From IMG/VR virus record IMGVR_UViG_3300011113_000784, positions 46,968 through 110,967 of that record: a stretch of 64,000 nucleotides of DNA; one strand, written 5' to 3'. The notes beneath the pieces were generated by a model. That model saw only the letters and a list, made by a program, of their open reading frames with translations. It ran no database searches and had not been told where the DNA came from. Origin of the DNA: a virus. This document shows, in pieces, positions 28,974 to 36,909 of the stretch; the stretch's first letter is position 1, and each line of letters starts with the position of its first letter. The translations under genes and the position numbers were made by a program.

Positions 28974-29600
28974 ATGGACCAAAAGCTGACTAAACCAGTC
29001 CTTGTCTTAAACAAGCATTGGATTGCTGTAGGAACCACGCCGCTTTACAAAGCATTTAACCTCATATTTAACAACACACAAAACAAACATAAAGCAGAAA
29101 TAATTGATATTGATTGCGCTCCTTATACTTGGGAGCAATGGAGTCTATTAAAACCAAATAGCAATGAAGAAACAATTAATACAGTTTCTTGTTCATTTAG
29201 AATTCCTCAAGTAATTAGACTTTATGGTTATGATAAACTTCCACAACAAAGAGTAATATTTTGTCGCCATAATCTTTACAAAAGAGATAATTATCAGTGC
29301 CAATACTGTGGAGTTAAACCCGGAACAGAAGAACTAACAATTGACCATGTTTTGCCAAGATGCAAAGGTGGCATGACCACTTGGGAAAATTGTGTTATTT
29401 GTTGTCCTGATTGCAACAAAATCAAAGGCGGAAGATTGCCAGAAGAAGTTAAACACCGTAAATTTCCCGGCGGTATGAAACTGCTTAAAGAACCAAAAAG
29501 ACCAAAATATAGAGAAATTAGAATGCATACTGTTTATCCAAGTTGGAATCAATGGTTAACAGAAGCTTATTGGAACATAGAGTTAGAAAATGACAACTGA
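28974..29600 (+). CDS. HNH endonuclease
   Basis: VLVLN..W, RD.YQCQYCG, LTIDHV.PR..GG..TWEN.V..C..CN..KG. Confidence 0.9.
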   Translation: MDQKLTKPVLVLNKHWIAVGTTPLYKAFNLIFNNTQNKHKAEIIDIDCAPYTWEQWSLLKPNSNEETINTVSCSFRIPQVIRLYGYDKLPQQRVIFCRHNLYKRDNYQCQYCGVKPGTEELTIDHVLPRCKGGMTTWENCVICCPDCNKIKGGRLPEEVKHRKFPGGMKLLKEPKRPKYREIRMHTVYPSWNQWLTEAYWNIELENDN

Positions 29601-30345
29601 AAGAAAAGGGTTTAACCCAGTAGTTAATATTAAATTTCCGGTTGAAAAATTAATCGACATAATTGTTCCATTTCATGGATGCTATGAATCTGTTTCCAAT
29701 TTGATTAAAAGTGTGTTCATGCATTCGCCACAATTAGTAAATAAATTAATTTTAGTTGATAACGGTTCTGAAAATAAAGAATTTGGCTTAATGTATAGTG
29801 AACACCCTAAAATAAAAATTGTTAGAAGTGAAGAAAATTTAGGATTTGGTGGTGGCATCAATCTGGGAATGAAAAATGCTGAAAAAACAATTGCTATTGT
29901 CATGCACAGTGATTCTTATTTAGCTGATAAAAAATCTTTATCTAATTTGTATAATGATTTTATCTCTATGAGAGATAAAGCTGTTGGCATGATGACAGCT
30001 GTTAGTAACAACCCTCAGACAAATGAAAAGATTTTACAAAGAAGCAGTGTAGTTGACGAAACCCCCCAAATAATTTCAAATAATTTTATACCAATGTATG
30101 GCTGTATTATTGATCTTGCAGCTTGGCTTAGTTGCCAAGGAGTCCCAGAATTTCCACTGGCTTGGTTTGAAGATGAAGCATTTTGTTACAAATTAAACAG
30201 ACTCAAATATAATATTGCTGTTTCTTATAGAAGTTTTATAGGTCATAAGGGATCTGTAACAGTTAAAAGTCTTGTAAATAAAAATAAAAAAAATCTAGAA
30301 ACAATGAAATCTAATATCAATCTTTTAAATAAAATTAGAAAATAA
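29590..30345 (+). CDS. glycosyltransferase family 2-like
   Basis: IIVP, ILVDNGS, NLGFGGG.NLG, MHSD, FED. Confidence 0.85.
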   Translation: MTTERKGFNPVVNIKFPVEKLIDIIVPFHGCYESVSNLIKSVFMHSPQLVNKLILVDNGSENKEFGLMYSEHPKIKIVRSEENLGFGGGINLGMKNAEKTIAIVMHSDSYLADKKSLSNLYNDFISMRDKAVGMMTAVSNNPQTNEKILQRSSVVDETPQIISNNFIPMYGCIIDLAAWLSCQGVPEFPLAWFEDEAFCYKLNRLKYNIAVSYRSFIGHKGSVTVKSLVNKNKKNLETMKSNINLLNKIRK

Positions 30346-30372
30346 TACTAAATATTTTAGGAGGAGAAAAAT

Positions 30373-30552
30373 ATGAATAATGTTTTTACTAATACCTTGG
30401 TTTGTTTAAAATCTGACAATACTACTGTTAATGTTGGCATTAGACAGTTTCCACCTAACTGCCCTAAAATTAATTACAACAATCAGTGCAGCACCCTTTA
30501 CAGCGCATGGCTTCCTGCCATTACTGTTTGCCGTCAAGCTCTTTTTGTTTGA
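30373..30552 (+). CDS. small 59-aa protein (not in ORF track)
   Basis: TAAATA plus strong AGGAGGAG RBS; MNNVFTNTLVC...CRQALFV with four Cys. Confidence 0.65.
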   Translation: MNNVFTNTLVCLKSDNTTVNVGIRQFPPNCPKINYNNQCSTLYSAWLPAITVCRQALFV

Positions 30553-31393
30553 TTTTTAATAATTTTTTCTTGGTTCTTGCAGGAATTTCACGAATCTTGC
30601 AAGAACCATCTTTATTTAAATTCTTCTGCTTTTGTTTTACAAATGTTGTGCTGTCTTTCTTGTCATAATCACTTATATTGTTATTCCCACCACTAGTGAA
30701 TTTTTGAACATTATAATCAATATAAAATCTAGCAGCAGCTTTTGCATCGGGTTCTCCAGAATTAATCATTTTGCTGCTGACATTCCAATCAGATGTAAAG
30801 CTTTGCCTATGAATAGGCACAAGTTGAGCAATTGGAGTCTTATCATCTGGTTTGAATCGTAGTGGCTTAAATTTTTGTGTAAACACAAGATTTATCCAGA
30901 TGTCGTATTGCATCCAATCTGTTTCTAAAATGCCTTCCATGACAAAATATGGTTGTCTTTCAGGAAAATTAATTGGGGACCGTATTTGCATACACCAATT
31001 GGGTGGTGTTTTGAAAATACAACCAGTGTACACCTGAACAACACCAGCTTCCACTAAGCCATAAGTAAACTTCGATCTACCAATTCCAACATGATTCCAT
31101 TTTTCTGATTTTGTTAATTCTGGTGCCCGTAACATGCTATGAACAATTCCGTAATCAGAATCATCATAATCTTCATAATTTTTATATGTAAAATCTTTAC
31201 CTCCATGCCAAGTGATTTCAAAATCTATAGGAGGGTATACCCAAAAACCCATTTGATTCGCAATTTTGTAAGGCATGCACCACTTGATGCCGTTTTTATC
31301 TGCGGTGTCTTTTAGTGTTTTTTCTGCTTTTTCAATCCTGCTGGCTTTTGGATGTGTTTTAAAAACACTAAAATCAAGAATTTCTTCACGCAT
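30521..31393 (-). CDS. DUF6065-like protein
   Basis: CMP...AN.MG.W..PP, G..F.TP..W, P.N, G..ETDW, PIAQLVP. Confidence 0.65.
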   Translation of the reverse strand: MREEILDFSVFKTHPKASRIEKAEKTLKDTADKNGIKWCMPYKIANQMGFWVYPPIDFEITWHGGKDFTYKNYEDYDDSDYGIVHSMLRAPELTKSEKWNHVGIGRSKFTYGLVEAGVVQVYTGCIFKTPPNWCMQIRSPINFPERQPYFVMEGILETDWMQYDIWINLVFTQKFKPLRFKPDDKTPIAQLVPIHRQSFTSDWNVSSKMINSGEPDAKAAARFYIDYNVQKFTSGGNNNISDYDKKDSTTFVKQKQKNLNKDGSCKIREIPARTKKKLLKIKQKELDGKQ

Positions 31394-31434
31394 GTCCTTG
31401 CTCCTTTAATTTAATTGAGTGAGCCAAACAGCAG

Positions 31435-31463
31435 TTGACAATCCAAAATAGTTTTTTTAGCAT
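31435..31463 (+). promoter_or_regulatory. sigma70-type promoter
   Basis: TTGACA-17nt-TAGCAT. Confidence 0.55.
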
Positions 31464-31509
31464 TGGCTTGGATGAGTAGGACTCATCATTAGGCTGAAAG
31501 GAGTTTGCT

Positions 31510-32760
31510 ATGCAGACGATTGATGTACAGACTGGTTTGACTCGCATTTCATTCAATTCTATCAAACCTGCAAAGGAATTTGATGAATTTGAATTTGGTT
31601 TCTTTAACCCTAGAATTCTCGATTCTAAAAATCGTGAAAACTATGGATTCTCTAAAGAAGAAATTGAAAACTTAAAGAATTCCATTAAATCCAAAGGTTT
31701 AATGGAAAACTTTCATGTTAACGCAATTGATGGCGAATATGTTCTGATTGATGGACATCGCAGACACGAAGCTATTTCACAATTGATTGCTGAAGATGCT
31801 CTTTGTTATGACAGGCATACTAATCAGTATGTCAATGCAAAAGAAATATATTCTGAAATTATTGTTGTTCTTCATAGAGGATTGAATCCTTCTCAATGCT
31901 TTAGCCGAGCATTTGAGAGCGATAGCAATAAGATTTCTTTTGGTGAAAATGCCACCATTAGATTTATTGATTATTGCGTCAACTTTAACATGTCAGAAAA
32001 CAAAATTATTGAAATGTGTGGAAGGAGTATTTCTTGGTTTCGTTATGCAACAAAATTGTTGCAAAAAGTAAATGGAGATTCCGATATCAAGGAAGCACTT
32101 CTTGATGGAAGAATTAATGCAACTGCTGCTAATTCTTTGATGGATATTGCAGATGTAGAAGAAAGGCAGCGTGTATTTGAAAACGCTTTGCAAAAAGCAG
32201 AACAAGATTATGTTGAAAAGGTAAAGAAACAAGATTTAGCTATCTCTAACACAAAGAGAAAGCTGAAAAAAGCTGAAAAGAAAAAGGAAGAAGCTGAAAT
32301 CGTTGGTGATATTGAAGATGTCACCGATGCAGATGCTTTGATTGAAAAACATACCGCAACGCTTGAAGATCGCAAGCGTGAACGCAACGAGATCACTCCT
32401 CGCATCAATAGCAAAAATATTGAAGAAGCTATTGATGATATCGATTCCTCAGAAATTGAAAACAGGTCTGAGGAAGAAACTCTTCCAACCAAGAGTAAGC
32501 TGCCCAAACTCACGATGAAATCAATTCGTGATAGCTGGACAAAGGATATTGATGCTGCTATTGCTAGAGGTCACATGACCGATGAGCATGAGGCTATTAC
32601 TCCTATTCTCAACAATTGCTTTGCTGATATGATCAAGGCAATGTTTGAGGAAAAAATTTCTTATCAGGATTTCGTTTATCGCTGGTCAACTCGTTTTGCA
32701 GAAGCTGGTCTTTCAGATAATGCGGGAGCTAATGTTGACACTAACAAAGAAGTAGAGTAA
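31510..32760 (+). CDS. ParB/Srx N-terminal domain protein with coiled coil
   Basis: NPR, L..SI...GL, LIDGHRR..A; AGGAG RBS. Confidence 0.8.
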   Translation: MQTIDVQTGLTRISFNSIKPAKEFDEFEFGFFNPRILDSKNRENYGFSKEEIENLKNSIKSKGLMENFHVNAIDGEYVLIDGHRRHEAISQLIAEDALCYDRHTNQYVNAKEIYSEIIVVLHRGLNPSQCFSRAFESDSNKISFGENATIRFIDYCVNFNMSENKIIEMCGRSISWFRYATKLLQKVNGDSDIKEALLDGRINATAANSLMDIADVEERQRVFENALQKAEQDYVEKVKKQDLAISNTKRKLKKAEKKKEEAEIVGDIEDVTDADALIEKHTATLEDRKRERNEITPRINSKNIEEAIDDIDSSEIENRSEEETLPTKSKLPKLTMKSIRDSWTKDIDAAIARGHMTDEHEAITPILNNCFADMIKAMFEEKISYQDFVYRWSTRFAEAGLSDNAGANVDTNKEVE

Positions 32761-32768
32761 TATCTGAC

Positions 32769-32853
32769 TAACAGGTGGTGGGTAAAAAAAGGTGGGACTA
32801 TCTCTCTGAAGTGCAGTGTCTTGTGACACAGGAGAGATACCCGCCACCTGTTA
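32769..32853 (+). ncRNA. candidate structured RNA (long closing stem, two bulges)
   Basis: TAACAGGTGGTGGGTA pairs with TACCCGCCACCTGTTA (one G-U); inner TATCTCTC/GAGAGATA and GTGTC/GACAC stems. Confidence 0.55.
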
Positions 32854-32855
32854 TT

Positions 32856-32927
32856 GGTTCCTAAGCATAGATAACGATGCAATCGGCTTTTAACCGATTG
32901 AGGATGGTGTAAGTCCATCAGGAACCA
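32856..32927 (+). tRNA. tRNA-Lys(TTT), non-canonical, no encoded CCA
   Basis: acceptor GGTTCCT/AGGAACC, D GCAT/ATGC, anticodon ATCGG-CTTTTAA-CCGAT, T GATGG-TGTAAGT-CCATC. Confidence 0.85.
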
Positions 32928-32950
32928 TTAACTAACAATTAATAAGAAGT

Positions 32951-33283
32951 GTGTCTACAATTGATACAGACACAATAAATACTAATATTATGCCAATCTT
33001 GAATTGTCCATTTTGCGGTGATTATTTACCATATGTTTTAAACGAAGGAATTGTTTTTTGCGACCATTGTGAAAGAATGGTGGATAGTTCTTATAAAAAC
33101 AAAATGCTTAGTGTATTCAGAATACTTAATAAAAATCAAGGCATGAAATATGATCACATCAAGCTTGAATACAAACTTGATGATAAATCATGGGAAATAT
33201 TAACAAAGGCAATAGAAGATTGCCTTACGCATCAAGAATTTGAAGCCTTGTTAAAAAGAATATCATCATCTTCTTCAGAATGA
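32951..33283 (+). CDS. Zn-ribbon hypothetical protein
   Basis: CPFCG...CDHC. Confidence 0.6.
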   Translation: MSTIDTDTINTNIMPILNCPFCGDYLPYVLNEGIVFCDHCERMVDSSYKNKMLSVFRILNKNQGMKYDHIKLEYKLDDKSWEILTKAIEDCLTHQEFEALLKRISSSSSE

Positions 33284-33468
33284 TTCTTATTCTTTTCTGG
33301 AATTAATTCTTCTCTTGCAATTACATAATTTTTGTCTGCATCAATTCCAATCTTGACTCTTCCTGATTTGCCATAACCTTGAATTCCACAAATAGTTAAG
33401 GCAATTTCCTTGCCTTCTGGGGTTGTGATATAAACCTTTTCATAAAGTTTGCGAGTAAGTACTAACAT
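33232..33468 (-). CDS. csrA: carbon storage regulator CsrA-like
   Basis: MLVLTRK..E...I....V.IGIDA....I.REEL; AAGGAGAGG RBS. Confidence 0.85.
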   Translation of the reverse strand: MLVLTRKLYEKVYITTPEGKEIALTICGIQGYGKSGRVKIGIDADKNYVIAREELIPEKNKNHSEEDDDILFNKASNS

Positions 33469-33568
33469 GTGCCTCTCCTTGGTTTTGTGTCTTTTTAAAC
33501 ACTTTCCAAATTAATTGAGTATGTGCGACTCATTTAAATACGATTCTTTTAAAATTTGAGGGACCGTC

Positions 33569-34009
33569 ATGCGTAGCAATAAGAAAGTTCCTGTCTTTGT
33601 TTATGGCACTCTTAAGAAGGGCGAAAGAGCGCATGATAAAATGCAAGGCTCTAAACTGATTGCAACCGCAGAATTACAACCAGAATACAAATTATTGAAT
33701 TGTGGACGATATCCAGCCTTAGTTAAGGCAAAGAATGGTACAAATTATGTCCCCGGTGAAATTTATGAAGTCACAAAAGATGTGTTAAAAAATCTTCATG
33801 AATATGAAGGCGTAAGCAGTGGTTTATTTTATTTTGATTTTCTTGCCTTAGATAATTTCGAAATTGTAAATGAACCACAAAGCAATCTTACACACAAGAT
33901 GCTTAATCGTGGATTGGTGTTTGGTTATTTGTTTGGCAATCAAAGAATTAATTTGCCAGAAATCACTCACTGGTCGATTGATTCTCTCTGTTATGCAGCC
34001 ATTCCGTAA
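33569..34009 (+). CDS. gamma-glutamylcyclotransferase (AIG2-like)
   Basis: VFVYGTLK.G, YPAL, GEIYEV, L..YEG. Confidence 0.9.
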   Translation: MRSNKKVPVFVYGTLKKGERAHDKMQGSKLIATAELQPEYKLLNCGRYPALVKAKNGTNYVPGEIYEVTKDVLKNLHEYEGVSSGLFYFDFLALDNFEIVNEPQSNLTHKMLNRGLVFGYLFGNQRINLPEITHWSIDSLCYAAIP

Positions 34010-34961
34010 ATGTTGGCAAATTTTGTTCTTTTAGCATACCTTTGCGCCATGTGCCGCCATGTTGTTTGTACCACTTACTAGCCCAAGCATTCGCATAAGC
34101 AGAGTTTCCAGTTACGCATGGTTGATCATTAATTTGTGTAATCCATGTACTTAATGGAGTCTGAGGACACCAAACCATCTCGTTACCAGATGGGTGTACT
34201 TCAAAATTAGTCAATAATGGTAAGCCTTCACCAACAAACAATTTGGTATAGGACTCAAATCCCATTGTTTTTTCTAGCATTAAATTGCCATCTTGCTCAA
34301 TTATCCATTTGTGATCGAGGGTAGATGTAGCAAAGTAATGACCATCGCTATATATCTCGTAAACAGGAGCGTTTTCATGGACATGAATTTTTTCTATTTT
34401 GACAAATTTTCTTACTCTTTCTTGCACATCGAATGCCGCAATCTCATCACCTTCTTTTAATTCATTGTAATATTTCCAGCCATCTTTTGTTAAAGCTGGA
34501 TATGAAATGGGTAAGCAAGGATAAACATCAAATTTTTGTTTAGCTGCTGCTTTTGCCCTTGCCCATAGTGATGGGTTATTTGGCTTGTTTTTAGATGCCT
34601 CGTTTAATTCAATCATCTCTTGTTCTGTCATAAAGTCCTCCTTGAGATTTTCGTGACTAACCCAAACAGGCTTTCTGCCTTTGTGGTGGGTTTTCTTTTT
34701 CTCTGCTCTTCTTTTTTGTTCTGTAGCTTTTTTCTTAAGTTCAGGACTCATGGCAGCGGCTTTGGCAGCAGGACGACATTTGGGATAAGATTTCTTTTGA
34801 TCCTTTTTCCGTTTGCCTTTTTTTGCAGAAGCGCCGCATTCAGGATGTTTGCCAGACTTGTCTTTGCGGGAAATATCTACCCACTTTTCAGCAAACCATT
34901 TGCCTAATCCAGAATCGCTATATGTTTCATTAATATCCATAAAACTATATATTTTTCTCAA
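33963..34961 (-). CDS. basic phage protein (GLxKWFxEKWVD and KFxVYPSAYA/DUF5872-like domains) containing an intein
   Basis: KFDVYP|intein|SAYANAW..KWYK..GG.W rejoins a conserved phage motif. Confidence 0.8.
   Translation of the reverse strand: MRKIYSFMDINETYSDSGLGKWFAEKWVDISRKDKSGKHPECGASAKKGKRKKDQKKSYPKCRPAAKAAAMSPELKKKATEQKRRAEKKKTHHKGRKPVWVSHENLKEDFMTEQEMIELNEASKNKPNNPSLWARAKAAAKQKFDVYPCLPISYPALTKDGWKYYNELKEGDEIAAFDVQERVRKFVKIEKIHVHENAPVYEIYSDGHYFATSTLDHKWIIEQDGNLMLEKTMGFESYTKLFVGEGLPLLTNFEVHPSGNEMVWCPQTPLSTWITQINDQPCVTGNSAYANAWASKWYKQHGGTWRKGMLKEQNLPTFTEWLHNRENQSTSE
34104..34517 (-). mobile_element. mini-intein (138 aa, no homing endonuclease)
   Basis: block A CLP....LT..GW, block B TLDHKW, block F VWCPQT, block G VTGN followed by Ser+1. 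Confidence 0.9.
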
Positions 34962-35004
34962 TGAAAATATTTATAAAATTAATATATATTATTGGATTCG
35001 TGTA

Positions 35005-35111
35005 GTGGTGGGCGTTTTTGCTGTTTCCTGCTCCGGTACACGATTAAGGATTGTCCTGAAGATTAACAGCGTCAAGGCATCCCCTTTAAACCGTAGTGCA
35101 AACTACGGTTT
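35005..35111 (+). ncRNA. candidate small structured RNA
   Basis: GC-richer island in an AT-rich intergenic region; GCTGTT/AACAGC and outer G-U-containing stems; ends in a terminator. Confidence 0.35.
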
Positions 35112-35118
35112 TATTTTT
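35088..35118 (+). terminator. intrinsic terminator
   Basis: AAACCGTAGT-GCAA-ACTACGGTTT followed by a T-rich tract. Confidence 0.7.
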
Positions 35119-35283
35119 ATTCAAAAAATGAATCATACCAAACATCAGATGATATCAAATTGTTCTCCCAATTCAAAGACCAAACTTCTTTGCAAAACAT
35201 GCTAACACGCCAAAAACTACTAAATTCACGACTCAAATCAAAACAATTGCTTTTTCTCATTTGGTCAAAACCTTTCAATATTT

Positions 35284-36909
35284 TTAAGGTTTTATCATTT
35301 CTACAAACAAACTAATTTCTGGCAACATATCAAATGTTTCTCTGACAATTTGATCATGTCCTTGTCCAAAATGTCTTTTTTCTACAATAAATCCAACTTT
35401 TTCTCCAATGGTTTTTAACCCTTGATAATCATAAGCAATCTTATGTCCTTCAAATAACAATGACCAAAGTTTTCCACTCTCAAACTCATTATTAGCACAA
35501 TTGTCATTAATCTCATCAAACATGCTTAATTCTTTTGCTTGATAATAAGAGATTAATTTAGCTGCATCAGGCACAGCAATACGCAATACAGCACCTTTTT
35601 TCATACACCGATAACATTCACTAAGGAAATTAATTCCCTCTTGAACAGTCAAATGTTCAATCATGTGACTACTATAAGCCAAATCAATTACTTCATTATT
35701 GAATGGCAAAGGATTTTTTGCATCAATTGGCATAAACTTGTAACGATGCCTTGATGCAAATTCTTGCATATTAATAACATCGGTATTAATCCATCCATGA
35801 TAAAACATGTTGATGAAACTGCCAAAATTGACTTTGATCTTGTTGTCCCCAAATGGGATGTGTAAAGCTACATTCCCTCTTTCCAATTCTTCTTTATCAA
35901 CAACTTGTTGAGTTGCTGGCATTCTTTCTAGCCACCACTCTTTAGTTCTCAGTGTGCAATGCGTTTTATCAAATCCATCATCGTTTTCACCAAAGTCAAT
36001 GCCATGAATGCCTCGCTTAGATACACGATCAAGCTCTGCCAACACTGCTGGCAAATGTTCTTCTGGAATGTGTTCAAAGACAGCAGTAGAGAATGCTAAG
36101 TCAAACTCTTTATCATGGAAGCTCCAAGGAGTTTGACAAATGTCCCATTCAATTACATCGTTTGTAACTCTGGTTAATTGGCAGTGATGACTTATTTCCA
36201 AACCCTTGGCTTTTATGCCTGCATCATTGAAACGCTTGGTCATATAACCCCTAGCGGCACCAATCTCAAGGATCGATGTAGGGTTATGTTCCATAATTTT
36301 ATCGAAAGTCAACCAATGGACGGGATAATCCCAATAACCTTCATAAGCGTAACCGCCTACTTTGCCACCGCCATTAAAATAATGCTTGTCAAATAACTTT
36401 TTACGATCTTCTTTTTCTGGTTTTGTCACTTCGATTATCATGTCTGTCCCCAATGCTCCATGTGGTAAAATTATTACATTTTCAAATCCTGCTTCACGCA
36501 TCAATTTAATTGCGTAAACAGGACAAAGGCTATTTCTGTGAGTGTTTTCATCATAATTTTGATCACCAAATATGATGGATGAACTATCATCATTCCATTC
36601 TTCTTGATTCAAAACCCATTCCATTTGTCTTTTTGTGTTAGCAGTTACAAATACTGCTTTGCCATTTTCACGAAGTATTCTGAACACTTCTGAAATGAAT
36701 AGTTTTACTTTGCGCCATGAAAGATGTTCAATACAATAACAACTAAAAACGCCGTCATATGTGGCGTTAGTGAGTGGCAGAGGTTTGTTAAAATCTGCAA
36801 CAATATCTACAGTAGGACCAGAACGAACATCAACATTGGGTCGAAAATAAGGATTATCTCCACCACCTAGTTCAATAACATTTTTTGTAAATGGAAAAGT
36901 ATAACTCAT
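35284..36909 (-). CDS. triple class-I SAM methyltransferase-domain protein
   Basis: three motif-I/EH pairs: IELGGG..CIEHL, LEIGAARG..VFEHI, VNFGS..MIEHL; probable start 36909. Confidence 0.85.
   Translation of the reverse strand: MSYTFPFTKNVIELGGGDNPYFRPNVDVRSGPTVDIVADFNKPLPLTNATYDGVFSCYCIEHLSWRKVKLFISEVFRILRENGKAVFVTANTKRQMEWVLNQEEWNDDSSSIIFGDQNYDENTHRNSLCPVYAIKLMREAGFENVIILPHGALGTDMIIEVTKPEKEDRKKLFDKHYFNGGGKVGGYAYEGYWDYPVHWLTFDKIMEHNPTSILEIGAARGYMTKRFNDAGIKAKGLEISHHCQLTRVTNDVIEWDICQTPWSFHDKEFDLAFSTAVFEHIPEEHLPAVLAELDRVSKRGIHGIDFGENDDGFDKTHCTLRTKEWWLERMPATQQVVDKEELERGNVALHIPFGDNKIKVNFGSFINMFYHGWINTDVINMQEFASRHRYKFMPIDAKNPLPFNNEVIDLAYSSHMIEHLTVQEGINFLSECYRCMKKGAVLRIAVPDAAKLISYYQAKELSMFDEINDNCANNEFESGKLWSLLFEGHKIAYDYQGLKTIGEKVGFIVEKRHFGQGHDQIVRETFDMLPEISLFVEMIKP

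Noticed and set aside
32676-32918. 80-aa minus-strand ORF
   Set aside because: Antisense to the tRNA and structured RNA; spurious.
35005-35090. Hammerhead ribozyme or SRP RNA
   Set aside because: CTGAAGA is present but there is no correctly placed GAAA/stem II, and the SRP helix-8 motif is not properly formed.
34813-35205. 130-aa plus-strand ORF
   Set aside because: Overlaps a real minus-strand gene and runs through a terminator; no RBS or motif.
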